Source: Octopus vulgaris
Taxonomy: Eukaryota
Assembly: GCA_951406725.2 (NCBI GenBank)
Contig: OX597823.1
Coordinates: 90,210,001-90,274,000 of the forward strand
DNA: 64,000 bases
Reading direction: 5' to 3'
Part shown: positions 11,626 to 25,269 of the stretch, piece by piece
Position numbering within the stretch: position 1 is the stretch's first letter
Layout: each line of letters opens with the position of its first letter
Translations under genes and position numbers: made by a program
Notes under the pieces: generated by a model
The model's database searches: none
What the model was told of the DNA's origin: nothing
The model's input: only the letters and a program-made list of their open reading frames with translations

Positions 11626-12382
11626 TGAGCATTAAATATCAAAGATAAAAATAAATCATTTTGTTCCCTTGTCAAACTTTGGGCCTAACAACCTAAATGA
11701 GAAAACCGATATGACTGAAAGAATTTTTAAAGGGCTTTTATTTTTAGGCTGAGGTCAAACAGTCGAATCCATTCAACCATGTCGTCAGTCTTTAGCAACA
11801 TCAACTTCAAAGAACTTGAGAGAGGTGACAGACTGAGAGAGGACAAGAACCTTCACACATTTTCAGTATTGCAAGATTTTGGAGTTACTTTTATCAGAAT
11901 AGAGCTGCCTTCAAGAATCCAAGTAATGCTATGTATTGAAGAGTAGCCGTAGATGCTGGTCATATTGTTGTTCTTGTTGTTTGCTACTACTGTTGTTGTT
12001 GTCACATACTTTTTATTTTGAAGCTACTTTGCTTCAGAAGTTGGTTAGTCATAAATTCCCTTGGGAATTTTAAGCCCAGCTCCATCACTTTTATTTATTG
12101 ATTTTTGTTCTTTGTTTTTGTTTTGAAACGAAATCTAGCTTCAAGCATCTTATACAGATAATTTTTTAGACACTATTTTCTGAAACCGGTAAAGTTATGT
12201 AGGGGGTGCAAATTTTGATCTTGCACCACCTGAAAATTCCCGCTGCACCCCCTGTTCCCGGGCCCTTGATGCCATAAGATGACCAGCTGGCAGAATCGTT
12301 TGCACTCCAGGGGAAAAAAATGCTCATCGGTATTCCACCGGGGTCGACTTTACTTTTCATCCTTTTGGGAATGATAGATTAA

Positions 12383-12568
12383 CCCATTAGTGCCCCAACT
12401 TTTTTCTTTAATTTATTACGAAAAATCTTTTTTTTATGCTAAATATATTTAAAAAAATGTTATTACAATATTTGAAAGGCACTCCAGTCTTGTTGACTAA
12501 CTAAAACGTTGCAGAAATATGATGGATTAACCTTCTGGTCCTAAAAAAGGACCATTCGTGCTAATGGG
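12383..12568. mobile_element. piggyBac-like MITE inserted in a SINE
   Basis: TTAA-CCCATTAG ... CTAATGGG-TTAA; interrupts a family A SINE core. Confidence 0.75.
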
Positions 12569-13145
12569 TTAAGTAAGTACCCGTTGAGCCTAGGGAATTA
12601 TGTAATCGACTACCCTACACACACCCTTAAAATTTCGGACCTTGTTTCTATAGTGGTAGTATTATTACAATATATAATATTAATATTATAAGTGTAAGAT
12701 ATATCTTTTTTAAAAGCTTTGCAATATTTAATGTTAACTGCGATTACAGACCACACAAGATATTAAATTAACTGTTTGTTTATTGAGTCTCAACACATGT
12801 TACTTCAATGATATAAACAGTTAGCTTTCGTTTGTGATTTCAAAAGGCAAATCTTATCTTAATAGATATGTATGCTAGCGATTTTTTAAGTATACCTTGC
12901 TCCAATTTGTCTGGCTTATTTATCTATTTACTCACCGGAGGTAATCGTACATACGTGTGTGTGTGTGTGTGTGTGTGTGAGTGACTGTGTGTGTGTTTCT
13001 CTTCCTCTCTATTACTCTCCAATGCCACCTTCTTGGGGTGAAACATTTGTACTTTTACATACATTTCGCTCTTTATGTTATTAAGTTTCATTCATTCGTC
13101 CGTCCGTCCGTCCGTCCGTCCATCCATCTATCCATTTATCTATCT

Positions 13146-13470
13146 CTGAGGTGCATTCCAGAAATTTTCAGATTTTTTCAGTAAAAACATTTATCAATTT
13201 CAAAGAAATCCCAAACTCTAATCTCTTTCAAAGTAAGACCTTCTGGCTTCAATGCATTGGTTGTAGCACTCCAAAACCTTTGTGAATGTCCCATGGAAGT
13301 CCCTTTAAGTGAAGGTGTCCAGAACCCTTATCGGAACCTACTTAGGCTTTTTTAATGTCTTCGAAACGACTGCCTTTGAGGTTTTCCTTTAGCTTGAATA
13401 ACAGCTAAAAGTCACAAGGGGTAAGGACTGAAATGTGGGGAGGGTGAGGAATGGTTTTGATGTCCATCTC
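13146..13470 (-). mobile_element. Mariner transposase C-terminal remnant
   Basis: Minus strand gives KTIPHPP, ENLKGSRFEDI and YNQCIEARRSYFE, across frameshifts. Confidence 0.7.
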
Positions 13471-13934
13471 TTCCTTGAATCTGTGGGTTTAAGTGGAATG
13501 GTAATGAGGTTTTAATGGGGATTGTTATGGAGAGGTGTCTTGGAGAAATTTTTATTGATCAAATTTGGGGTTGTTTAAAATTTATTCATGAATGTAGAAC
13601 TTTGTAAGTAGGTATGTATGTTTAGGTGTGTTCCTTTGTTATGTAGGTACAGGATGTGTGAGTAGTATAATTATTTTTGGTTTTATTAGATTTTATCCTT
13701 TGCTTTGACAATGTAAAGGTCAAAGTACAAAGTCCGGTATTTAAAACCTTAATAACTGGGTGTGTCAACATTTTTGTGATGGAATCTTTTTGGGGGTTCA
13801 CAAAAGAATGTAAGCAGTTGGTATGTTTTAGGTGGTCAGTTTCTTGACTTGTTGTTTTAGGACATTTTCTACTTTTATTTGGAAGGTGCTGGCGATTAGT
13901 TAAGCATGTCATCGGATTGTTGATATAGAAATTG

Positions 13935-14112
13935 GGATCTTTTCGCTTTGACCGGCAGATTTTTAAAATAATTTCTTTGTAACTAAACACTTTTAAACTT
14001 CGTATACTGGTAGTGTGTTACATAAAACATCTTTTTCTCATGGCTTTCTTGAGAAAATTCTGTAGTTTGTAAGCTATTAGTTGTTTAATTTCTTGCATTT
14101 CGGCAATTTCAA
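13935..14112. mobile_element. Truncated Merlin-like MITE (left part only)
   Basis: Starts GGATCTTTTCGCTTTGACCGGCAG and follows 6412 onward until AATTTCAAC; no right TIR. Confidence 0.85.
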
Positions 14113-15036
14113 CATTTCGGCAATTTTATTACAATATTTGAAAGGCACTCCAGTCTTGTTGACTAACTAAAACGTTGCAGAAATATGATGGATTAACCTT
14201 CTGGTCCTAAAAAAGGACCATTCGTGCTAATGGGTTAAGTAAGTACTCGTTGAGCCTAGGAAAATTTTAATGGGGATTGTTATGGAGAGGTGTCTTGGAG
14301 AAATTTTTATTGATCAAATTTGGGGTTGTTTAAAATTTATTCATGAATGTAGAACTTTGTAAGAAGGTATGTATGTTTAGGTGTGTTCCTTTGTTATGTA
14401 GGTACAGGATGGATACTTGGAGATACTTGGATCTCATCTGTGAAATTGTTCCTCTTGTGTTTTGACGTCCACAAAAGGATTTGGTTCGGTGTCGAGGGCG
14501 TTGCTTTATGTTGGTCTATACATTAAGATCGAAGACGGAAGCTCGTCTCATCCTATGTTAAATACATCCATACTCCCGCATTTTGTGAAGGACTAGATCT
14601 ACCGACATCATTATAGATTGCCGAGTCCCCAGAAACAGCTGTTGGATTTATAAAAACTTTCCTTCCACCCCTTTAAATTTCTTTGTCGTTTGTACTCTGT
14701 GTTAGTTGGACCTATTTATATAAAAACAAAAATTTATTTATACATATAAATTCATCATTCATCATCTGAAGGTTTCCGTCTTTTGCTTTCTCTCGTTTTC
14801 CATGTATACATATATATATACATATTTTGTATTTGACGTACTTAATATATTCAATAAATCTGATGTGTCTAATTTGCTTATCTTCAAAAAGGGCTTCTTT
14901 TTCCGCTCATCCTGATCCCTCTTATAGCCTTGTGGAATCGGTCCCCTGTAAAGACATCGCAGTCTAAATCTGAATCTTTTTCAGCACTACTATCTTCTAT
15001 ACAAAGAATACTTGGATCTCATCTGTGAACTACACG

Positions 15037-15110
<74 letters not shown>

Positions 15111-15221
15111 AACTGGGACTAGTTCTATAAAAAGAAAACAACAACACGCATCAATTTGGCATTTAATCTCATTCGAAGTTGTCCCCTTCTGAAGCCATGC
15201 ACTTTATCCAGCATTGTTTCC

Positions 15222-15625
15222 TATTTCTTTATTGCCCACAAGGAGCTAAACATAGAGGGGACAAACAAGGACAGACAAAGGGCTTAAGTTGATTACATCG
15301 ACCCCAGTACGTAACTGGTACTTAATTTATCGACCCTGAAAGGATGAAAGGCAAAGTCGACCTCGGCGGAATTGGAACTCACAACGTATCCGTTACTTTA
15401 TTACCCACAAGGGGCTAAACACAGAGGGGACAAACAAGGACAGACAAACGGATTAAGTCGATTACATCGACCCCAGTGCGTAACTGGTACTTAATTTATC
15501 GACCCCGAAAGGATGAAAGGCAAAGTCGACCTCGGTGGAATTTGAACTCAGAACGTAGCGGCAGACGAAATACCGCTAAGCATTTCGCCCGGCGTGCTAA
15601 CGGTTCTGCCAGCTCACCGCCTTGT
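15222..15625 (-). mobile_element. SINE family A dimer
   Basis: Two SINE bodies; imperfect TSD TCCAGCATTGTTTCC / TCCAGTATCGTTTCC. Confidence 0.88.
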
Positions 15626-15844
15626 CCAGTATCGTTTCCATTGATGGAAGAATTCCTGGAACTCCTTTCTGGGAATAGTGAACAGCTGCCTCATCGCGTT
15701 CTCTTGGATTTCTTTGACGTCTTGAAATCTTGGGGTATTCCCCTGCAAAGACTGAGCCTTGGTTTCGGTTGGTCGTAGCATTAGCCATAGACCCACGATT
15801 CATCGCCTGTTATGACCATTTTCAAAAAGTTTTTATCTTTCCTC

Positions 15845-16876
15845 GGATCTTTTCATTTTGAAGGCCAGATTTTCCTAGTTAACTAAAAAGTTTGAAACTT
15901 CGTATACTGGTAGAATGTGTCAAAAGAAAACAGTATTGTAAACAAAATTGAAAACAAAATTGCTATTCGTAACTTAAACGTAGTTTAATTTTTACGAATT
16001 TTAACCAATGAAATCCCAACATCTTCGAATTTTAACCAATGAAATCCCAGCATTGCTGCGTTATCGATATTGATAAAGAAATATAGCAGACGCACCACAC
16101 ACACACACACATTTGCACAAGCACATATCAATTAATATATAAGCGTACACACACATACAAACGGACATACACACACATATAGTAATTAATATATAAGCGT
16201 ACACACACATACAAACGGACATATACATATACGCACACAAGCAAAAATACACGTTCGTGTTTTGCCACTTGCCGCAACAAATTTGCACAAAAGGTAAATA
16301 AACCAGAAGGGTGGGGGTCAATGTTTCATAGTTTCGGGGTCGATAAATTAAGTACCAATTACGCACTGGTGTCGAGGATTTTTTTCCCAATTTATATCAC
16401 AGCTTCCGACAAGCTGGGGGCATCCTTTTATGAAAAAATATTTCGCAAATTTTTACAATACTACTCACACTCCACGCGCAAACTCGAGACCGATTTAGGC
16501 ATATTATTGTTTTGTTTTTGTTGTTTCTGGCCCTTCAAAACCATGGGAGAAGCCTTTTCGGTAAAAAAAAATAAAGAAAATATTCAAAAAATATCGTTAA
16601 TATTTTTATTGGGCGACGAAATTAATCGATTTAAGAGATATAGCTGTTATTTCTAGCACATGTAGAAGACAGAAGAAGAGGTAAATAATTTGAGCTCGAA
16701 TGCTGCGATTTCATTGGTTAAAATTCTTAAAATTAAACTACGTTTAAGTTACGAATTACAATTTTGTTTTCAATTTTGTTTACAATAATGTTTTCTTTTG
16801 ACACATTCTACCAGTATACGAAGTTTCAAATTGTTAAGTTAACTAGGAAAATCTGGCCTTCAAAATGAAAAGATCC
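15845..16876. mobile_element. 1-kb non-autonomous DNA transposon with inverted termini of about 170 bp, related to the Merlin-like MITE
   Basis: Termini GGATCTTTTCATTTTGAAGGCCAGATTTTCCTAGTTAACT and reverse complement; shares AACTTCGTATACTGGTAGAATGTG with the MITE; degenerate TSD TCTT(T)CCTC/TCTTCGTC. Confidence 0.88.
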
Positions 16877-17646
16877 TCTTCGTCGACACAATCAATGAGA
16901 TCCTGCACGGCTGAAACCCAGTCTTCTTTTTGAGACGACCACACTCACCACACTTTACTTCCAGGCACTTCTATAAACAACGGAAGTGAGTGAGAATGTT
17001 GTAACTTCGTGCGCATGTGCAACAGAGTGCAAGAGCAGTCTGTGCGTTACTCTGCGGACTTTAGCTCCGTTACTAAAGCAGCGGTCCCGATACTTTTTTT
17101 TATCATTTCTCGTGTGTGAGCAGGAAGCAAGACCCGAACGAAGTGGGTGAGAGGTCGAATAAAGAAGACGAGGAAAAAAAGTGAAAAACGACAATGTTTA
17201 TTGTTTTTATTGCTGTTTAGCCCTAGGCTAGGCCTGAATGAGCTGGCCTGTAATCAAAAGCGATCAAGCCATGATCATGTGTCAAGGTTTTTTGTAAAAT
17301 GATAGGATAATTTGAAGGAGAATAGAGGTTGTATCTAACAGGTCCATTGATCACTAAGAAACTCCCTCTTCGGTGTGTTAGACGGTGATGACAGAATAAA
17401 GAGCAAGAGAGAGAAAGAAAGAAAGAAAGGAAGGAAGGAAGCAAAAGAAAAAAAAAAAGAAAGAAAAGAAAGAAGAAAGTGTGAAAGAAAACGAAGGGAA
17501 AAAGGGGAAGGAAAAAAGACGGAAATGCAGAAATAGAGTAAGAGAAAATAGGAGAGATTAAATAGATGTCGACGTGAGAAAAGGAACGAAAAGAGATAAG
17601 AGTGGAACATATGGTTTGATAACGAGGATTAGCAAGTCAAACCTAC

Positions 17647-17647
<1 letters not shown>

Positions 17648-17696
<49 letters not shown>

Positions 17697-17992
17697 TTCT
17701 AGCAGCAGCAGCAGTACTCTTTCCATCATCACCGTTATAATCAAATCTATCGCCATCATCATCACTATCACCACCATCATCATCATTGTCATCTACGTCA
17801 GCGTAACATTAGCATCAGTAATCATCACCATCATCATTATCATCATTATCGCCACTACCACGACCACGATCACCTCCACCAACACGACGACCACCTCCAC
17901 CACCACCACAGTCACCACTACCACCGCCTCCACCCCGACCATCACCACCACCACCACCACCACCACAACCACCTCCACCACCACCACCAACC
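17648..17992. repeat. (CAT)n/(CAC)n low-complexity tract
   Basis: Directly visible. Confidence 0.9.
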
Positions 17993-18258
17993 ATTACTGT
18001 ATTCCTTCAAATCACTCTTCATTCGATAAGATCCTATCGTTATGTTTTATCTCACTTTTAAAACTATTCACCAAACACATTCCCCCCCACCACCACCATC
18101 ACGCCCCGCCTCAAAACGATACACGAATCATTCTTTTCTGGTTTTTATTTTTTTTTTTCCCCCAGTTTTTCGAAACTTTTTGTCTCTGTTACTCGTTTCT
18201 TCTATTTCTTTTTGGAAATTTCAAACTGCACACACAAACACACACACACACACGCACA

Positions 18259-18294
<36 letters not shown>

Positions 18295-19375
18295 TGCTAA
18301 TGGTAGTTTGTAATGCAAGTCTTGCCAGTAGTAGTAGTAGTAGTGGTTACCGTCGTTCTAGCTGTTGGAAGTGGGGGTGGTAGTGGTAGTAATAATGGCG
18401 GTATTGTGGTAGTAGTAGCCCTGGAATGGGTGAAAGTAATAGAAGTCCTTGTAGTAGTAGTAGTAGTTAATGGTCTTTCGGTTTTATTTCATGCATTCGT
18501 GAGCAATGTCTTCGCCGGTTGAAGAACATTATCAACACAGAAGATGTGTCCACCGAACCAAAGAATGGCCCCCGGGTTGCAGATGGATGCGGCTGTTGTT
18601 GTTGTGACTGCTCATGTCGATGTCATTCTGTTGCTGTTTTTGTTATTGTTGCTGTCATTTAAACCTTAAACCAACGCTAATGAAGCAAAAAAGGGTAAAA
18701 AAACCCCCAAAAAACTCTTTCATCCATGACCATCTGTTCAATTTCTACCCACTCCGGCATCATCTATTTTGGATTACATTACCCAAAGTGACCTTTCTGT
18801 TGTTATTTAAACAAAAATGAAGAGAAATAACCCAGAGTGACCTGTAGCATATATTTGAACAATCTGGAGAAATTATGGTAATCTCTCGTAGTCCTCTCAA
18901 AACTGCTGGCCTTATACTTAAATCAGAAATCGTTATTAAAGAGACAGCAAAGGTTATGAGTCGACAAAATCGTTAACATGTCGGTGAAAAATGCTTAGGG
19001 GAATAGAGATTCGATCCCCAATCGTAAGCTATTCAGTTTAGGATCACGAGTGAGTTACCGCAGTTTCATGTAATTAACCTATGAATCGACCGATCAGCGC
19101 GAAGCTGTGGCATGAGATGGCTCCTCGGATAATCTAAAATTTGTCCACTTTTCACCCTTAAAAACTTTTTGCTGCCTAATTTAGAAGCAGACAGTCTTGG
19201 GCATTCGTGCAAACTACCTTGGGCACTTACAGAAAGTAAATCACAAAGATCAGACCACATCGGACACATGGATAGACCACCTCGAGCAAAAACCGATTCC
19301 AGATGGTCACACACAATGTACCACAGCTAACCTTCCACAAGACATGGCACAGTTCTCTCCTCCCAATCGGCAGTT

Positions 19376-19790
19376 ATAATAATAATAATAACGAAATTAT
19401 TGTATACAGTGCTCAGGTGCACCACAGCTTGTCAAAAGTGCGTATAAAGTATATGCAGTAATGTACGAATGTCTGGAAAGCGAACAGTGTATGAGTCAGA
19501 TACATGCTTGCGTGTGTATGGAGGAGAGAAAATCAGGTGCAGTGTTGGCGAATCTCAGGAAGCATGGAAGTTTTGAAGGATGCAGTGCTCCGACAACTAA
19601 CAACTGATGCCGGCAGTTTGTTCCATACTTCAGCAACTCTTAGCGTGAAAAAATGTTTCCGAAAGTCATGGGAGTTGTGCTGTTTTCTGACTTTGTAAAC
19701 ATGTCTACGGGCGTTAGACAGATGAAGTTTGAAAAGGTGCTCAGAGTTATTGTTTGTAAGATGGTTAATAATTTTAGGGGTGTCTGTCCA
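19376..19790 (-). mobile_element. CR1-clade LINE 3' end with (TTA)n tail
   Basis: HVYKVRKQHNSHDFRKHFFTLRVAEVWNKLPASVVSCRSTASFK; same 3' UTR as 8965-9010. Confidence 0.88.
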
Positions 19791-20852
19791 AGATATTATC
19801 AATATCTTTCTTTTGTAAACAACTAAAGCTCTTTAGTGTTCAGGCTAGTCTGTCAAATGTAAAGCTTATTTATTCGTATGTTTTTTTTGCATTAATTACG
19901 CAGTATCTCATAGCTTTGAGAGTTCAATGACATGATAGTCTGTTTTTAGAATGAGATTGTAGGAGCCAAATCTGGCTGGTTTGAATGTAAGATAGAATAT
20001 TTGGACCAGATATGGGCAGTTGAAGTGCTAAAGGGTTAAAGTTAAATTTCGTGAGTTGCTTTGTTAATTATACACGCAGCCAACTACACCACACTACGAT
20101 TGTCGTCAACAACACAAACTACATCCAACATAACAACCACCATAACAATGGCGACTAAACCACCTTCACGACGGTGGCGTTTCTTCCAGTTTTTTACGTT
20201 CTGAAGTTCAATTTCGAGAGAGGTCGACTTTACCTTTCATCCTTTCGGGGTCGATAAAATAAGTACCAGTTGAGCAATAGGGATCGCTACAATTGATGTT
20301 ACCCTCCCCGAAAAAGTGCCAAACATGAGAGAGAATTATTAAATAGACGGTAGATTGGCATTATTAGTAGCGCATCGGACAAAGCACTTTTTGGTATTAG
20401 GCTAGAGTTCTGAGTTCGAATTCTGCTAAAGTTAAATTACTTTTTCGTATTTCTGCGGTCGATAAAATAAAATACCATTCAAATATTGATGACAATTTAA
20501 TCGATTACGCCTCTCTGTGTAAATCAATGACTTTGTCTTAATTTAAGAAATCGAGGAAAATGCGTTGCTGTATTTATTCCGGTCATTTATGCTTTTAGTT
20601 CAACTGAGGTTGATGGTATTGTAGCATAGCAGGATAGCTGAATTACGTTCCTTCGCTGGTAAACGCCAGCAGGTGGCATGGCAATTCGCACCTATACCGG
20701 CGTCTATTGGCTGCTCTTCCTCTCTCGCCATTTCGACACCACGGGACACGAATCTCTCTCTTCTGTCTAGGGCCGCAGACCACATGCGGTTACCGCCGTT
20801 CTAACGACGTTTGTCTAGCCGTCTTCATATTATCTTCATTATAATGACGCCT

Positions 20853-21088
20853 GCTAAGGCGGCGAGCTGGCAGAATCGTGAGTACGTCGGGTGAAATGCT
20901 TAGCGTTATTTCGTCTGCCGCTACGTTCTGAGTTCAAATTCCGCCGAGGTCGACTTTGCCTTTCATCCTTTCAGGGTCGATAAATAAAGTACCAGTTTCG
21001 CACTGGGGTCGTTGTAATCGACTTAATCCCTTTGTTTGTCCTTATTTGTCCCCTCTATGTTTAGCCCCTTGTGGGCAATAAAGAAATA
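20853..21088 (+). mobile_element. SINE family A, near-consensus copy. Further copies at about 5850, 7230, 24840, 28538, 28782, 32288, 32577, 41355, 44560-44970, 47895-48280, 51297-51705, 54565-56320, 59720, 61000
   Basis: 13-bp TSD TATAATGACGCCT at 20840-20852 and 21089-21101; CpGs intact. Confidence 0.92.
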
Positions 21089-23748
21089 TATAATGACGCC
21101 TTCCCAATAGATTTCAGCCCACCGACATTTTCTTGCTTTATGGCGACTTCTTCAGTAACCAACTTCATCGCCACAGCCTACGAGACAATTGACGGTCATG
21201 TTACCAACTTCATTTACACCTGCTATGAATTTGTAAGTCCAAGACATGAGCTGAATATATTTTTTGGCTAAGCTTCTCACACGACACAGCACACGCGTTT
21301 CTGATACCTTTGTAATTTTGTCTCACAACTAGTTAGCTTTTACTTGTTATCCAAAGGATCCACAACTTGTGAATATTTGATTTCTTACATCATGTTTGTA
21401 TCTTCTTTCTAAATAAATTCTGTTTATTGTTGTAAGCATTCATCTTCTTACACTCAACATGCTAAAGCATCGATTAAACCCCTCCCCTCAAAATTGTTAG
21501 CCGTGTGTCTAAATTAGAAACCACTTAAAAGTTGTGAATGAATTAGTTGACTCGTTAAAACGTTGGATAAATTATTTATGCTCTGTGGCATCGTGAGTCA
21601 TGCTCCAAAATGAAAATACTAAGTGATGTCAGGTGAAGAAGTGACAGATCTAAGAAGTCTCTTCTTTGACGTAGAGGTCAGTGGGAACGGACGTAGTCTG
21701 TGGGTATTCTAGATTATTGCCAGTACTTGAGTTGTGAGTGCCTGTGAGTCGCAGGGCAAGTTCAAGTCTGCAATTGAAAAGTTCCTTTCGAAGTCGTTTC
21801 CTAAAAGTGAAGATAAAATAATTTTTAACCTTTATACTTCAAGCTATTCCGACGCTGTTTTCCTTTTGTTAGGTTCAACATGACAATAAAAACAAAGATT
21901 AGCAGCAGTATTCTCTGGCTTTTTCCAGCGAAGATATGTAGTGGCCGGAATAAAAAAAATAAGGTTTGTCACTAAACTGCAGGGAATACAGGTGAACGAC
22001 TATATGAGCAAGACCCGGTTCTGTCTGTTTGTGTCCGGTTTCCCCGACTATATCTCGAAGGGGGCTGCAGCAGCTACTGGACATTGAGACAGTAACAGTG
22101 GGCAACTTTGTGAACAGAACAAGAGTATGGAGTATGTTGCAGTAAGTGTGACGGTGGGGCCCGGTAGATCGGAGCGGAAAACAGCGAAAGGAGAACTCTC
22201 AAGGAACCATGCTTCAGGTGTTGAAGTCCGCTCATGGTCAAGGACTGGAAAGAGCATTAACCCAAAGTAGTCTGCTATCGGTCAAGTTATTCGCATAGAA
22301 ATCCACTGCAGTCAAGGAGAAGGAGCTACTGCGCCAGGAGTTGCCCTGTCATCCAAGCGGAGGCGGTCTTGCATTCGATGCCAGTAATAAGTGTTCAGAT
22401 GTGGGTGGGGAAGAGAAGCGAGAGTTTGAATGTGTGTTTGTGTGTGTGTGAGAGAGATAGAGACACTGGAACACCAAGAACTTTATTCAACTCTAACATT
22501 TTGAATTTATTGTGGCAAACTTGTCAAACTTCTTGAAGACATCACTCGAATCAGAGACAACGGCTCAAGGGTGAAAGTTATCTCTCCCAACTTCGCCAAA
22601 GCCTCTAATTTTGTGCTGCACAAGCGACTCACGATGAAACATTTTGCAATGGCTACTAGGGCGAATCTTTATATCCCACAAAGAGTAACGTTCATATACG
22701 AATGGAATGGAAACACAAGAGAAAAGTACAGTACTGAAGCGTTTCGAGGGAGTCAGCTTCACCTAACCCAGGTAAGAGCAAGTAATAAAACAATACTAGT
22801 CAACAGCTAAGGTTCACTGACTTACCCTACCCACCCCCCGCTACTGTTAGCCATGTGCCTAAATCAATAACCATTATTGTAGTACTAGAGCTCTCACGTT
22901 TTCAGAAACTGTTGGATGGGTGGAGGATTTGATTGCGTTTTTAAACATTAATTGAGCCATGTAAGATAATATATTTTCTTCTCCCAGAATATGAAAACGA
23001 ATTAAACGAATAGGAAATGCTAATCGTCTTCATAATAACTAAACAGACGTAAGGAGTGGCGAGGGCGAAGCAAGAAGAGAAAGAGCTTTCTTTCGTGCTG
23101 GTGTTGTTTCACTGAAAAAAACTTGCAAATCACCATGATATTGCGTCATTGCTTAATTATCATCTGCTCCTATTATATCGTATTACTGATATTATCTTCC
23201 CGACATAAACCGATAAGATAGTAAACAGAGATATAAAGACTGACAGATACACGGGTACATAGACATGCACACAGATAAACGAAGAAATGTTACATAATTG
23301 AACGTGACTATGTATACACACACACACATCTACGCATCAGACGCACGCGCTCATGCACCGAAGAGCCTGGTGCTCCTATGTAATAATGTTAATTGGTGTT
23401 ACCATGTACATATGCAGAATATTATTCATACAGAGAGATGTGAGTTAATAAAAAAATGAGGAACTAGTCGCAGTAATAATTTTCTTTCGCCTTTATCGCA
23501 ATGTCGTTCTTGTTTAACTCCTGGCCAATCGCGGTTGTAAATCGTCATGGACCCCTGTCATCCACTCTGTTGTAACTATGAGAAACAGCCAACAACTGAT
23601 GAAGGGTGGTTCTTTATGTTGTTTGTTTTGTTTTCCATTTGTGTCTTTCGTGGTTCCAAAGAATAGTTCATGTTCCATGTACTCGTGCTTCGTATTTTTT
23701 TGTTTGTTTTGTACACGTTTCGTGACGTCCTGTGCCCAAGTATGTGTG

Positions 23749-23822
<74 letters not shown>

Positions 23823-25269
23823 TGTACATATACATATGTATATATGCATATATATATATATGTTTTATATTATTTACATAATATATATATGCATAGAAAG
23901 ATAGATATAGATATATATCTATATATGTATATCTATGTATATCTATCTATTTGTATATATCAATAATCTATCTATATCAATATATATATTTATATCTATC
24001 TATATATCAATATCTATATATCTATCAATATCTATCTATATCAATATCTATATCAGTCTGTCGCTGTGTTTGTCCTTGCTTCCCACTTGACAACTGGTGT
24101 TGGTTTGTTTCCATCCTGGTAACTTAGTAGTTTGGCAAAAAGAGACCGATAGAATAAGTACCTGGCTTTAAAAAAAAAAGTTTTGGGGTGGTGGTGGTTC
24201 TTTCAACTAAAATTCCTGAAGGTGGTGCCCCAGCATAGCCACAGTCTAATGACTGAAACAAATAAAAAGATGAAAAAGACAAAAAAAATTCTCGGTATGG
24301 CTGTTTGGTATTCTATAAACCTTCGAATGTACCCAAATCATCTCTACTATTTCTAGCAAACTAAGTGACCACATAATTACAGCAATTAAAATGAAACCAT
24401 CAAAGCATATGAGGAAACAAAGTCGAGGTGCATGAAATATCTCCCTTATCCGCACTTTTTAAAAATTCTAATGCAGTTGTCGTCTACACCATCTGAAAGA
24501 TATTTGTAGAAATTTTCAGTGAAAAAATAGCCATAGGAAGTTATGAGTAAACAAAGTCAGGAGGTTGGGGGCACATTTGTGAAGTTATACCATTACTGGA
24601 ACGCTATTATCATCATCGCTTTAAAGTCCACTTTTCCATGCTTGCATGGGTCAGATTAAAGCTGTAGAGGCAATTTTCTGTGACTGGATGCCATTCCTGT
24701 CACTTTACTTTTGACCAGATATGTTTTTCATGAAAAATTGGAAACAAGAGACACTGCTTTTATGAAGGCGACACTTAGAAATATCACAGAATGTCATGAC
24801 AAAGTAACACACACACACATGATAGGCTTCTTTCAGTTTCTTATTTCTTTATTACCCACAAAGGGCCAAACATAGAGGGGACAAACAAGGACAGACAAAC
24901 GGATTAAGTCAATTACATCGACCTCAGTGCGTAACTGGTACTTAATTTATTGACCCTGAAAGGATGAAAGGCAAAGTCGGCCTTGGCGGAATTTGAACTC
25001 AGAATGTAGCGGCAGACGAAATACGGCTAAGCATTTCGCCCGGCATGCTAACGTTTCTGCCAGCTTGCCACCTTCAGTTTCTGCTTTAAAAATTTATTCA
25101 CAAGGCTTTGATCATTGTAGTGCTACAGTTAAAGACACTTGCCTATGGTGCCATGCAGTGGGACTGAACTCAGAACCACATGGTTGGGAAGTGAACTTCT
25201 TAACCACACAGCTATGTCTGTGATGATATTTTTTGCAAGGCTTAAACAAAGAAAGATAATGTCAATGAA

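Larger units (their letters stand above)
15165..17080 (-). mobile_element. Internally deleted mariner element interrupted by a SINE dimer and a MITE
   Basis: Minus strand gives QKEDWVSAVQDLIDCVDE, FLKMVITGDESWVYG, TETKAQS, RFQDVKEIQENAMRQL...FQEFFHQWK and WIKCMASEGDNFE-stop. Distal boundary approximate. Confidence 0.82.

Noticed and set aside
21600-22400. GC-richer segment as a host exon
   Set aside because: No long open frame. Faint endonuclease-like text (TSSPDIT) suggests an old LINE, but it is too weak to call.
23575-23610. Permuted hammerhead GAAACAGCCAACAACTGATGAAGGG
   Set aside because: No NUH triplet or pairable helices between the two boxes.
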